Source: Takakia lepidozioides (Eukaryota > Plantae > Bryophyta). From it: a stretch of DNA of 64,000 nt. The notes below the pieces were generated by a model. It made no database searches. It worked only from the letters and a program-made list of their open reading frames with translations, and was not told the origin of the DNA. How positions within the stretch are numbered: position 1 is the stretch's first letter; each line of letters starts with the position of its first letter. The stretch is from contig CM060732.1 of assembly GCA_030704615.1 (NCBI GenBank), positions 12,586,001 through 12,650,000 of the forward strand, given 5' to 3'. Both the position numbers and the translations under genes were made by a program. Positions 12,501-24,034 of this stretch are shown piece by piece.

Positions 12501-13407
12501 TGGGGTTCAAACCCGCTGCCTTATCCCGTGTGTGGGATTGTTCGTGACAGTATGTCTGGGCGTTGATCGTCCTGTACATCTTATGGCCCATAAATGAAGG
12601 CGGGTGAATTTTCCCCCCTCCTCAAGGACCTGTGGTTTCCTTTAAGAAAAGAAAAAAAAGAAAAAAAATCAAAGAGGGGCTTTTAGGGTTTACAAAAAGG
12701 TTAAAAAACTTAAAAAGTTGCCCATCACGGTAGCGAGAACAGACTTAGAGCGAGCGGGAGGGAGAGAGAGAGAGGGTTGGGACTTAGAGCGAGCGAGCGG
12801 GAGAGAGGGCAAACATGCATGGGAGGCCCGCAGTTGGATCAACCTTCGCATTTGGAGCAAGCAACCCTAGAAACGCTACGGTATGTGTGCGAGGAGGTTT
12901 CGGCTGGGAGCCCACCGTTCTTGGGAGAGTCAGCTTCGTCTTAGCAGGCCGTGTTTCAATCTCTACCCGCTCGGCCCTGATTTTACAGCACGGAGCAGAG
13001 CTGGCATGAGTTTCTAAAAGATCCTTCACGATGGTGGGACAACCGCAATCGCAAGGTGTGGCTTTTTCTTAATGTACGATGTGAAGAAGTTTGTCCATCC
13101 TACAAATGTGGGTTGTTGGCTCCTGTTAGTACCATGATTTGGTATTCTTCCTAATGTTTACAAGGTTCTTGGGAGAGTTAGCTTGGTCTTAGCAGGCCGT
13201 GTTTCAATCTCTGCCCACTCAGCTGCACCGTGGTGGTTCTCACTGACCAATCCAACATTACCTGACTACAGAAACAAGCAGCACACTGAAGAGGTCCTCT
13301 TGGGTTCATGGTCAGTCAAATCCTCCATGGGCCATGACACAAGGTCGAGGACAATGTGGTGAGGGCACCTTCTTCTTCGACCTATTTCAGCCTGTTTTGC
13401 CCTCTCA

Positions 13408-15052
13408 TCAGACTCGGCCCTTCATTTGCAGCACGGAGCAGAGTTGGCATGAGATTTTTAAAGATCCTTCACGACGTAAAACCTCGCCACCATTCCCACA
13501 TGGCAGCGTGACTACTCTCTTGCGGCCATCTATGACCGCTCCGGATTTGCTCAAAAAGGTCATCCCCAAAATGAGATCCACTCCATCGATCTCACAGATG
13601 GTGAAGTTCTCACGTCCCTCCCAACTCCCCAGTTGAAGAGGAACATCAAACGCCAACCTTGTCGCCAACTGAGGTTCTCCTTTGGCAGAGCGCACCTCAA
13701 TAGAGGCCCCCACATTACTTGTCGGGAGTCCCAACTTTCGCCGCCGCCGGCGTCATGAAGGAGTGCGACGCTCCTGTGTCCACCAACAACGACACGTTAG
13801 TTCCGGATATTATCCCATCCACGAACAATAACTGACTCCCTTTACGCAGGGCGCCAGTTTCCTGATACAACTCACAAGAATAGTTGCCTACTTTGCAAGT
13901 CCTGGCGACCACCGCTTCCACCAAGCGACTGATGGTACCTTCCGATAGCTCCGTGGTTGCCCGAGTCATGTTCAATTGTCGAGGTTTTGTGCACTTCTTG
14001 GCCATGTGCTCGGGCTCCCCGCAATTGAAACACACTCCATCAAAGGTTGCCTTCTGTCCACCATAAGCCGCTCCACCCGCTTTTCCTTTCGAAGCACCGG
14101 ATGCCGCCTTGACGTGTGAAGGCCCTCCCTTCGATTTCCACGTGCCATTGTCGCCGCGTGGCCTATCCCACTTATTTTCCGGTCGGAAGGAGTCACCTTC
14201 CCACCGGGTCTTCTTGTGGTTCAGCTCCGTACGGCCTTGTCTCTCACCCCTAGGGACATCCGAGAAACATTCAGCCCTCTCAATTGCCTCGTTCAAAGTC
14301 TTGGGTGGCTTCTCCTCCAACTTCCGCCTGGCCCATGGGGCCAGCCCCGCCACAAAGTTGAAGACCATTTCTGGTTCTGCCATGTCCGCGACTTCGAGCA
14401 ACAGCACATTGAAAGCCTGGACATACCCCCGAATGTCATCTATTTGCTTCAAATTCCTCATCTTGTCCCGGGCAAGCCAGGATGCGTTGAGGGGCACAAA
14501 CTGTCTCTTCATCAATTCCTTGAACCCACTCCAGTTCAAGGTTTCCGGGCTTGGGCCTCGGTCGTGAAGGCATTTCTGCCACCATTGTTGAGCATAGCCC
14601 CTCAAATAGGTGGGAGCCACTTCCACCCGATCCTCGTCACTCAACTTAGCCGCCCGGAAGTACTGCTCTAGCTCCAGGAGCCAGGTGTTGAGTGCCTTCC
14701 GATTTCGAACACCCTCGAAGGTGCCGGGTTCCTTAGGCTTCACCTTAAACTTTGCCTTAGTGGAAGTGGCATTAGCCGCCTTCAACACGTCTTTCAACGT
14801 CCCGCCAAATTGCGCCAACAACCCTTCCCAAAACGCTGCCGGCATGGGAGGCATCTCTTGGTTTGTCGGAGCTCTCAAGGATTCCTCGGGCTCCGACTCC
14901 TCGGATTCCTCCTGCTCTTGAGCGGCCTCGTTTTCGGAAACATTCATCGCTTCCTCAAACGGCCGCCTCGGTGACACGTCGCCCCCATCGGGCTCACCAG
15001 GATCATCGTCTTTTGGGCCGTTCCGCTTTCGCTTCGGCTTGCCCGACCCCAT
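13408..15052 (-). pseudogene. G2 gag + aspartic protease
   Basis: KPKEPGTFEG..WLLELEQYF, YLRGYAQQWW, knuckle CFNCGEPEHMAKKC, protease LLVDTGASHSF ... DLILGMTFL. Frameshift near 13725. Confidence 0.9.
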
Positions 15053-15093
15053 GATGAGGTCAGTCCCAAGGACGATCGCGTATTGAACTCTAA

Positions 15094-15105
15094 GCTCTGA
15101 TACCA
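15094..15105 (-). promoter_or_regulatory. Primer-binding site complementary to tRNA-iMet
   Basis: TGGTATCAGAGC on the minus strand, 2 nt downstream of the LTR end. Confidence 0.95.
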
Positions 15106-15107
15106 AG

Positions 15108-15833
15108 TGTCGCGCACCTCACTTCGGTAAGCTCCCCTTCAAGTCATAGTTACTTGCTTTGATGCGCGTGCCTGACTCCCAACCTGGCCGCCGGGCCAAC
15201 TTGGAGCTTCGGCTGCTCACCGGGGCATAACGGTCCCCCTTTGTTCTCCCAAAGAACCCTCCACCGCTTTGTAACCAACGGGAATTCCCTTTTGTAGTTG
15301 GTAGTCCGGAACAGCTCCCCACTCTTTGGTCGCTTTCCGGCTCACACGCTTACTCACTAGTTTTTGGTCACCAACGGGCTTGCACCGTTCTCGGGGTTAC
15401 TACTCCCTATATATACTTCTGTAGCTGTCCGCGGGGGTTTCACAACCAGCCATGCCATTTTATGGCGAACCACCACGAAGACCCTCGATTCCCGGTGGTG
15501 AGTCGCGGTGAGTCTTGGCCCACTCACCGCGGCCCCAATGGACCGTGATGAGTCCCAAGACTCCCCACGACTCCCACCTCGAGGTCTCCACCCCATGGTG
15601 AGTCCTATGCCACCCCCACTAAGTCCCGCTAAGCTACCACCACCCCTTGTGGAGCCACCCCCACCGCAACCCGGTGTGCGGGGCTCCACCTAGTGAGCGC
15701 CTCCGCCTCCTTGAGTGCCTTGGGCACTCAAGGGTGCTTCAGCCCCCGTACCTATCGCTGCTACTGCCCCCACCACAGGGGCAGCCCATCTTGTGTCCCG
15801 ACCCCCCTGCCCTCAAGGCAAAGGGCCGCGACA
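15108..15833 (-). repeat. 5' LTR of G2 (726 bp)
   Basis: Bounded by the inverted termini TGTCGCG...CGCGACA, adjacent to the PBS, with an internal TATATATA near 15408. Confidence 0.9.
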
Positions 15834-16755
15834 TATAGACCCGCATTTGCATGCTGGGGCATGAGGCCAAACGCACCCATACATGAGGCTTGTACAGCAA
15901 GGGGAATCGTTTCATTAATTACTTGCCATAATGACTGTGACAAGGGGCCTCCCGTACCGAGGTTAGCTATTTCATGAGCATGAGCGGCATGAGCGGCATG
16001 AGCGGAGTAGCAAGACAATCGGTTTTCATGAGCAGAAGTACAAATTTTGAAAATAAAAAACATTATAAAACATTAATTTAATGGAATGTGTAAAAAAAAA
16101 CAAATATATTATTTGGTACCTTGAAGGGAAAATTGTAGTTTTGAGAGTTGTGCTCATGATATTTCGTCTTCCGCTCATGCCAATTCCCAGCGACATGTGC
16201 AAAAATGGCGCCGAATTTCGCGGTAATAGGGTCCGTAACCGGAAAAATCCGCGACGTATTTCGCGGTAATAGGTCTCTCTGGCGAAAAATGGTGCCAAAT
16301 TCCGCGGTTATCGGTCCCCTCATGACAGGTGTGTAAGCCCAAAATTTGGAAATGTGGCGCCGAATTTCGGTACATGGTGTGCTAGGGATTGCACAGATGT
16401 TGGGCAGTTTTGGGTCATGTAACTGGAAATTCGGCGCCATTTTTCCAGACATCATTCCCGTGCATGTTCGGACTTAGCCTGTTTTCGGCCCAAAATAGGG
16501 AAATTCGGCGCCATTTTTCCAGACACATCCAGACCAGTGCATGTTGGGACGTAGCCAGTTTTCGGCCCAAAATAGAGAAATTCGACGCCTTTTTTCCAGA
16601 AATGGCCCCACAACTGCTTCTGTTGGATCTCAGTTTGAATGGAATATTGCCTCATTCCAAGAGTTTTGGGGTGCATTTCATTACACTGCAAAAAAAGTCT
16701 GATACATGAAAATGCAATTGAAAATATCCATATGGAGGATTCCCTTTGCCCCATC

Positions 16756-17634
16756 AATGATTTCTGGAATCCCTAAGGAGGAGTTTGTGCAGCTCGTTCA
16801 CGCTCAACGCCGATGCGTTGAGCGTGAACGAGCTGCACAAACTCCTCCTTAGTCTTCGTCTCACTGGACGGATATGAACATCTCATTCCAAATGTTGGCC
16901 TCTTCGAAGCAATGGCGTGTCCCGAAGGCCCTCTCGCAAGGCCGCCCGAGGAGGGAACTCAAAGAAGATATTACCGTCGACGTTTGCGGAAGGCATGTAA
17001 CCGATTTAATTGCGAACTTGCTGTAGTCCAGCCCGGCCAGCTCAGAGCGGTGTCCCTCCATGTGAAGCCCTCGCAGAATTTCAAGAATGGATCGAACTGC
17101 GGTGCTTGTGCTGGGAATATGACTCCCTAGTCCACTGACGTCCATTGAGGACTTGCCTGATCTCCAGGATGATCTCGGAACTTCCATGACCTCGTCTGAG
17201 TCGGACAGGTTGTGAACAACCCGGTTCTCGCTCGTCTTCATTGATGGGTTCGGCTCTGGATTTACTTCGTTGCGGACTTTTCTCTTTGAGGTACCCACAC
17301 TCTGATTCGCGGATTGTTTCGTGGAAGGCGCTAGGATAGAAGGTGCATTTGGCGGGCAAATGAAGTCCCCAACAACCCTGTATATGACGTTGTCCGATGG
17401 TGGAACTCGTCATTCCCTGACATCGCCGAAATCATCGTGGAGCACAACAATACTCTCGACAACAACGCCGTTTGAGTCATTCTTTTCCTCCTCCAAAAAC
17501 ACCGACCCCGATTTCAGGTGGTATCAAACGCACAGATATTTCTCCATCACACGGCAGATGTCCCCTCTGCACGGAAATGAAGCTCTATGCTCGTGAGGAG
17601 GGCAGTACACTGTAGCGCTCGGGTTTTCCGCCAT
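16756..17634 (-). pseudogene. Element B transposase remnant (N-terminus joined to two short downstream pieces)
   Basis: N-terminal ASFPCRGDICRVMEKYLC..GSVFLEEE is homologous to D (KIPCDQGFAIVTEQYLC..GTVFLEEE). It jumps near 16950 to the segment equal to A 2995-3088, then to the last codons (equal to A 4095-4149). Confidence 0.8.
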
Positions 17635-17749
17635 GGGAGATGTGCACACAAGACAGCCAGGATGGCCTGCGGGCAAGCTCCCTGGTAGAAGGGGGATGCA
17701 GCGATGGGAAGGAATGCGGTGCCGATTTGTCCGTGCTGCCGAAAAGTGG

Positions 17750-19118
17750 CCGACATAAAAACCTCCCCGGATGGAAAAACGGCGCCGAATTTCCATCCGG
17801 GGCTGTTCGGATGCAGTCGGCTCGGGGGGAGAGGGCGGCATCTGGCCGTCAAATTACAACCCCCGGACGAAAATTCGGCACCGAATATCCAACAGAGGAC
17901 GCCCGGATGAAGTCGCTTCGGGCGGAGAGGCCGGCACCTGTCCGACAGAGAGTATCCCCCGGATGGAAATTCGGCGCCGAATTTCCATCCGGGCCCCCCC
18001 AAAGGAAGTCGTGTCAGGGGGTCTGGCTGAAAACACGCCGACATAAAAACCTCCCAGGATGGAAAAACGGCGCCGAATTTCCGTCTGGGGCTGTTCGGAT
18101 TTTCCCCTAGCATTCGAGAATTCCCTGAAAAACGTGTCTAAAAGTGGACTTCAGCCAAAAAAACTAAAGGTTTAGTGTCTTTTTAGACCAAAAACCTAGC
18201 GGCCACGCTCAGAATTACCTGCAGGATGGTAATTCGGCGCTTCGACTTACCTGGCGGATGGAAATTCGGCACCGGATTTCCATCCATCCGCTCTCCGAAT
18301 TACCTGCATGACGGAAATTCGGCGCCGGATTTCCATCCATCCGCCCTCCGAATTACCTGCCTGACGGAAATTCGGCACTCCGAGTTACCTACAGGATGGA
18401 AATCCGGCGCCGGATTTTCATCCATCCGCCCTTCATATTACCTGCATGACGGAAATTTGGCGAGCCGACTTACCTGGCGGATGGAAATCCGGCGCCGGAT
18501 TTCCATCCATCCGCTCTTCGAATTACCTGCATGACGGAAATTTGCAGCGCCGACTTACCTAGAGGATGGAAATCCGGCGCCGGATTTCCATCCATCCGCG
18601 TTCCGAATTACCTGCATGATGGAAATTTTGCACGCCGACCTACCTAGCGGAGGGAAATCGGGCGCCGGATTTCCATCCATCCGCTCATCGAATTACCTGC
18701 ATGACGGAAATTTTACGCGCCGACTTACCTGGAGGATGGAAATCCGGCGCCGGATTTCCATCCATCCGCGCTCCGAATTACCTGCATGATGGAAATTTTG
18801 CGCGCCGACCTACCTGGCGGATGGAAATCCGGCGCCGGATTTCCATCCATCCGCTCTTTGAATTACCTGCATGACGGAAATTTTGCGCGCCGACTTAGCT
18901 GGCGGATGGAAATCCGGCGCCGGATTTCCATCCATCCGCTCTTCGAATTACCTGCATGACGAAAATTTTGTACCTGGCGGATGGAAATCCGGTGCCAGAT
19001 TTCCATCCATCCACTCACAAGTAACCTGCATAACAGAAATTTGCAGCGCCGACTTACCTGGAGGATGGAAATCCGGCGCCGGATTTCCATCCATCCGCTC
19101 TTCGAATTACCTGCATGA
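17750..19118. repeat. Central array 1 of B: 85-bp tandem units with a 30-bp perfect palindrome
   Basis: CCTGCATGA recurs at 85-bp spacing (~18441, 18526, 18611, 18696, 18781, 18866, 18951). Units carry GGATGGAAATCCGGCGCCGGATTTCCATCC. Confidence 0.95.
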
Positions 19119-20730
19119 CTGGAAAAATGGCGCCGAATTTCCGATTTTGGTGCCAGTCAGATCTGGGACTTAGTCATTTTCGGCCCCGAACTGGGAAAAT
19201 GGCGCCGAGGTAAAGAAAAAAAAAAAAAAAAAAAAAAAAACCATTTTTTCCAGTTCGGGGCCGAAAATGGCTAAGTCCCAGATCTGACTGGCACCAAAAT
19301 CGGAAATTCGGCGCCATTTTTCCAGTTCTGGGCCCAGTCAGATCTGGGACCTAGCCATTTTCGGCCCCGAAATGGAAAAATGGCGCCATTTTTCCAGTTT
19401 AGGGCTCCGAAAATGGCTAAGTCCCTAGGGTGGCTGGAACCGCAACTGGAAATTCGGCACCATTTTTCCAGTTCCGCGCCCTATCAGATCTGGGACTTAG
19501 CCATTTTCGGCCCCGAACTGGAAAAATGGCTAAGTCCCTAGGGTGGCTGGCACCAAAATCGGAAATTCGGCGTCATTTTTCCAGTTCCGGGCCCAGTCAG
19601 ATCTGGGACTTAGCCATTTTCGGCCCCGAATTGGAAAAATGGCGCCGAAAAAAAAAAAAAAAAAAAAAAAAAAAACCGCCATTTTTCCAGTTCTGGCCCG
19701 AAAATGGCTAAGTCCCAGATCTGACTGGTACCAAAATCGGAAATTCGGCGCCATTTTTCCAGTTCCGGGCCCAGTCAGATCTGGGACTTAGCCATTTTCG
19801 GGCCCGAAATGGAAAAATGGCGCCATTTTTCCAGTTCAAGGCCCCGAAAATGGCTAAGTCCCTAGGATGGCTGGAACCGCAACCGGAAATTCGGCGCCAT
19901 TTTCCCAGTTCCGCGCCCTGTCAGATCTGGGACTTAGCCATTTTTGGCTCCGAACTGGAAAAATGGCGCCATTTTTCCAGTTCGGGGCCGAAAATGGCTA
20001 AGTCCCTAGGGTGGCTGGCACCAAAATCGGAAATTCGGCGTCATTTTTCCAGTTCCGGGCCCAGTCAGATCTGGGACTTAGCCATTTTCGGCCCCGAATT
20101 GGAAAAATGGCGCCGAAAAAAGAAAAAAAAAAAAAAAAAAACGCCATTTTTCCAGTTCTGGCCCGAAAATGGCTAAGTCCCAGATCTGACTGGTACCAAA
20201 ATCGGAAATTCGGCGCCATTTTTCCAGTTCCGGGCCCAGTCAGATCTGGGACTTAGCCATTTTCGGCCCCGAAATGGAAAAATGGCGCCATTTTTCCAGT
20301 TCAAGGCCCCGAAAATGGCTAAGTCCCTAGGATGGCTGGAACCGCAACCGGAAATTCGGCGCCATTTTCCCAGTTCCGCGCCCTGTCAGATCTGGGACTT
20401 AGCCATTTTTGGCTCCGAACTGGAAAAATTGCGCCATTTTTCCAGTTCGGGGCCGAAAATGGCTAAGTCCCTAGGGTGGCTGGCAGCAAAATCGGAAATT
20501 CGGCGCCATTTTTCCAGTTCCGGGCCCAGTCAGATCTGGGACTTAGCCATTTTCAGCCCCGAAATGGAAAAATGGCGCCATTTTTCCAGTTCAGGGCCCC
20601 GAAAATGGCTAAGTCCCTAGGGTGGCTTGAACCGCAACCGGAAATTCGGCACCATTTTTCTAGTTCCGCGCCCAGTCAGTTCTGGGACTTAGCCATTTTC
20701 GGGCCCAACCTAGGAAAATGGTGCCGAAAA
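19119..20730. repeat. Central array 2 of B: higher-order ~465-bp repeat with inverted arms and poly-A loops
   Basis: ATGGCTAAGTCCCTAGGGTGGCTGGC at ~19526, 19994 and 20459. Many GGAAAAATGGCGCCATTTTTCC and GGAAATTCGGCGCCATTTTTCC motifs. Poly-A at 19213, 19647 and 20115. Confidence 0.95.
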
Positions 20731-20849
20731 TGGTTTACGAGTGAGTGGTCGCATTGTAAGTTGCCTCCTGATTTTGTGAGGCACCTCCCCTCGCTCTTTT
20801 ATTTCATTGAAAGACCGTTTCTGCTTCTGCTGGTATTGACATTCTTCAA

Positions 20850-21327
20850 GTGGATTTGTTCTTACTGTATGATGCCAAGTACTGTAGGAGGGACGTCTAC
20901 ACTGCAGTTCATGGGCAGGAGGAACGTGCATTTTTTTGCCAGGGGGGATTTCATGCCTAGTCCAGAAAGGGACTACATCCTTCCTACTTATGTTGCCCGG
21001 CTTGCTTCGGTGTCCATTAGGAGGTGTTCCGAACCTAGTCATGTACAGCAGATTTTAGACGAGGCAAGCCTCAAGAAAATGAAGATGAGGGAGGAGGCAG
21101 CAGCTATTAGAGCCCGTCAGGCTCGTAGATTTGTCTTGGATTCAGCTGAGGAAAGTGGGGGAGAAGATGTAGAAGATTCCCAGGAGGTGAGGTGGACAGT
21201 CCCCCAAGAGGACGGGATTTTTGAGAGGCATAATGAAACTGATGCATCACAGAGCTCGGAGGATGAGGGGGATGAGGGGGATGAGGAAGAAGGTGGGGTA
21301 AGTTCCTCGGAGGGTGTAGGAGAGTAG
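20850..21327 (+). pseudogene. 3' end of the element-B accessory (ParB-MTase) gene
   Basis: FFARGDFMPSPERDYILPTY...RRFVLDSAEES aligns with the last exon of the D accessory gene (FFARKSFLASPQKPFFLPAY...KFVIESASES). It lies about 230 bp from the TIR. Confidence 0.7.
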
Positions 21328-22164
21328 TGCCCATTCCGGCTATGACAGTTAGAACACACTTGTATAGACGTGGCTTGCCACAAAATTTGCAATAAAATGT
21401 TGTATTTCAAGTCCACTGGTGCCACATTCCAACTTCACATGACCCTATTTTCGTGCCTCCTAACCCTATTTCCGTGGACACACAATGGTCTGCTCATGCT
21501 TCTTTTTTTTTTCCGCTCATGCTCATGCCGCTCATGAAATAGCATCCCCCCCCCCCCGTACCCGACAGTACGACTTCTGCATGGCAGCCACGTGGATGGA
21601 TATCATCTATGATGTAAATGCACGACGACATCAATGTAATCGGTACCGTCCAAGGAGATCCCAGATATAATCTGAGTCGTCGGATTCGATGGATGTCGCA
21701 TGACCATGATGACGCTGCTTCCTTGAAATAATGGAGAACAACTTCTCAGGAATTCTTAGCAGTTTACATTTTGCAGCTGTCCCTCCTTCCCTCCTAAACT
21801 ATTTTGCAATGTGATGAGCCTTATATTGCTGGCACAAAAATCATCTCAATCACACTCAGGTTCACCTGTAAATTGAATCATCAGAAACAGCCGCGCCACG
21901 GGAGCTCTCCCTTCGCAGCATTCATGGAAGGTAAGATTCATCGTAGCGTACCGCAGCGCCATCGCCACATTCAATAATGCCGATGCCGCTACATTATGGC
22001 CGGCGGCGTCTCGTACTCTGACGTTCCAACACATGCGTAGCCTGCCTGCTCGCCATGTGCTGGAATACTAACTAAATGCCTTCACATGCATGCTCAAAAG
22101 CATCATTGAATCTGGATCGTCCATTACAGATGGAGGGCATAGAACCTTTCATGTTCATGAGTTG

Positions 22165-22560
22165 AATGCGCCGTTTCACGGGAGCCCTCCCGTAATAATT
22201 ATGATTGGCTAGGTTTGCGGGCCCTGCACCCGCCGCCGCATGAATCTCGCGCATGATGGGCGCGTGGCAGGCGTCGTTTCACGGGAGCCCTCCCCTAATA
22301 AATATGATTGGCCACGTTTGCGGGCCCTACGCGCGCCGCCGTTTGAATCTCGCGCATGGCTGGCGCGTGGCAAGCGTCGTTTCATCTGAGCCCTCCCCCA
22401 ATAATTATGATTGGACAGGTTTGCGGGCAATGCGGCCGCCGCCGTTTGAATCTCGCGCCAACGGGGGACGTGGCAGGCACCATTTCACGGGAGCCCTCCC
22501 CTAATAATTGGCCCCTGCGGCAGCCGCCGTTTGGATCTCGCGCATGGCGGGCGCGCGGCA
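22165..22560. repeat. ~103-bp GC-rich tandem repeat with ACGGGAGCCCTCCC palindrome and ATTGG (CCAAT) box; central spacer of a family-2 element
   Basis: About 4 units GTTTCACGGGAGCCCTCCC..AATAATTATGATTGG..GAATCTCGCGCATG starting near 22174, 22277, 22379 and 22483. Confidence 0.85.
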
Positions 22561-22636
22561 GTTCTTGGGACATGCACCGGGCATGCCTGCCATCGTATAC
22601 CCATGGCGAGGTATTGCATGGGTCTGCCTCCCCGGG

Positions 22637-22643
22637 TATAAAA
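22637..22643 (+). promoter_or_regulatory. Putative TATA box of the family-2 accessory transcript
   Basis: GGGTATAAAAGGG directly downstream of the CCAAT-containing repeats, with a pyrimidine-rich initiator-like stretch about 25-30 nt further on. Confidence 0.5.
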
Positions 22644-23224
22644 GGGGAGGCTCCCTGGTTCATTCTCCCTCTCACACTTTCATGATGGCGAAGCCCTGCT
22701 GAAACTTAGAGCCACGAGTTTTGAGAGCTTGAGAAGGAGTGAAGGGAGTGAAGGGAGGGTCGGTGATCTGCATTTGATCTACACTCTGCATCTGTTGTCT
22801 GTTGCGTCTAGCAGTGTTCAGGATTTTGTTTGTTAGTTTCAGCTGTGTGGTACGGTCGTCGTTCAGGAGGGCGATCAGGAGAGCTGGTGGCGAGCCCGTG
22901 TTGGTGTCGTGGTGTAATTTGATTGGTGCATTGCTGCTGCGATTATTCTTCAACCACCATGGCAGGATCAAGCTCACGGTATGTACTTTCATATCTTCCC
23001 ACAACTGATTGCATTAGGATTGCATTAGGTGACCCAAGCATTTTCTCAGGGGAGGTCTCCCGTGATAAAACCCATTGTCGCAGTAGGTGAATGTCACAGG
23101 AGACCTCCCATGATATTTAAGACGTAGTATCCAAGAGCGTAATAGAGTGTATAATGTCGACCGGGAATGAGGTCATCCGCCAAAGAGTAAGTAACTTCCT
23201 TTTCACTGACCTATTATTTTCAGT

Positions 23225-24034
23225 TTGAAAATGAGTCTGGAATCAGGCACTGCACACGCTGAGGGTCGGTCAGGATGTCAGCCAAAGCGTTGGCCAAGAT
23301 GTCATTACCTAGAAGATGAGGAGTTGATGTCCGCTATCCAGAAATTAATGGAGGAGGACTGCAAAGAATCCGAGCTAAGCCATTGCAGTGGAAGCAAAGT
23401 ACATGTTGTCGCCCCAGAGAACATACCAGCACATTCACCAGAATACACCCATGCAGAGGACACGTATTCACCGACAGATTCACCAGTCTACACCCCTTTA
23501 GATGACACTTATGTCCCAACAAATTCACCAGTAGACACCGCTTCAGAGGACACTTACATACCAGCAGCTATCCACCCAGTGTACATACCAGCAGATTCAC
23601 CAGAATACACCCCTTTAGAGGACTCGTATGTACCTTCAGATTCACCAGTATACACCCCTGCAGAGTACACTTACATACCAGCAGTTGTCCACCCAGTGTA
23701 CATACCAGCAGATTCACCAGAATACACTCCAGGACTGTACACTCCACAAGAACACGCCCTAGATGCACATGTGTATCCTCCCGGATCAAATTCCCAGGGT
23801 GCACAGGCGTCGAACTCAATGGAAACCGACGAAATCTCCAAGATATTCCCTGATTGGGTTTCAGACAGCGACTCTTGGAGTCCTGGATACTCTCCAGCGA
23901 CACCTCGAAGGGATCCAAAGCAGGAGAAACTAAGAGAAGAGATCCGCAGCACATATCAGAACTGGCTAGATAGCCCAATGCATTGTGGTGTGACGATAGG
24001 GCAATTTCTTGATGTAGATTCTAGCAAACCGTAG
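23225..24034 (+). CDS. Unknown protein with Tyr/Ser/Pro/Thr tandem repeats (CTD-like)
   Basis: 269-aa open frame with repeated SP(E/V)YTP and Y(S/I/V)P units from a ~42-nt DNA repeat at 23425-23750. Confidence 0.5.
   Translation: MKMSLESGTAHAEGRSGCQPKRWPRCHYLEDEELMSAIQKLMEEDCKESELSHCSGSKVHVVAPENIPAHSPEYTHAEDTYSPTDSPVYTPLDDTYVPTNSPVDTASEDTYIPAAIHPVYIPADSPEYTPLEDSYVPSDSPVYTPAEYTYIPAVVHPVYIPADSPEYTPGLYTPQEHALDAHVYPPGSNSQGAQASNSMETDEISKIFPDWVSDSDSWSPGYSPATPRRDPKQEKLREEIRSTYQNWLDSPMHCGVTIGQFLDVDSSKP

Larger units (their letters stand above)
12900..15833 (-). mobile_element. Ty3/Gypsy element G2 (LTR-PBS-gag-protease; RT/INT absent)
   Basis: LTR, PBS and gag-PR are in the correct order on the minus strand. 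Downstream of PR there are only short duplicated segments (12915-13030 vs 13164-13220 and 13413-13472). Confidence 0.85.
15959..21554 (-). mobile_element. Element B: non-autonomous deletion derivative of the element-A family, inverted relative to A
   Basis: Ends GAGGTTAGCTATTTCATGAGC (15959) and GCTCATGAAATAGCATCCCCCCCCC (21554). 8-bp TSD CCCGTACC at 15951-15958 and 21555-21562. 15959-16810 is the reverse complement of A's right part. Confidence 0.92.

Noticed and set aside
18226-20620. Many overlapping ORFs in the arrays (MEIRRRISI, MAPFFQF; similarly 4127-4872, 38434-39888, 49067-50732)
   Set aside because: These are translations of palindromic tandem repeats open on both strands, with no protein-like features.
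17750-20730. Regularly spaced palindromic repeats resembling a CRISPR array (also 38575-39915 and 48915-50720)
   Set aside because: The intervening sequences are themselves repeated rather than unique spacers, there are no cas genes, and the context is eukaryotic TE.
15951-21562. hAT classification because of the 8-bp TSD
   Set aside because: No BED finger or hAT dimerisation domain was seen. The D..D..CxxH..TxNxAE pattern plus SWIM fits the MULE/IS256 type.
23225-24034. RPB1 (Pol II largest subunit) gene
   Set aside because: No polymerase domains, and the repeats only loosely match YSPTSPS.
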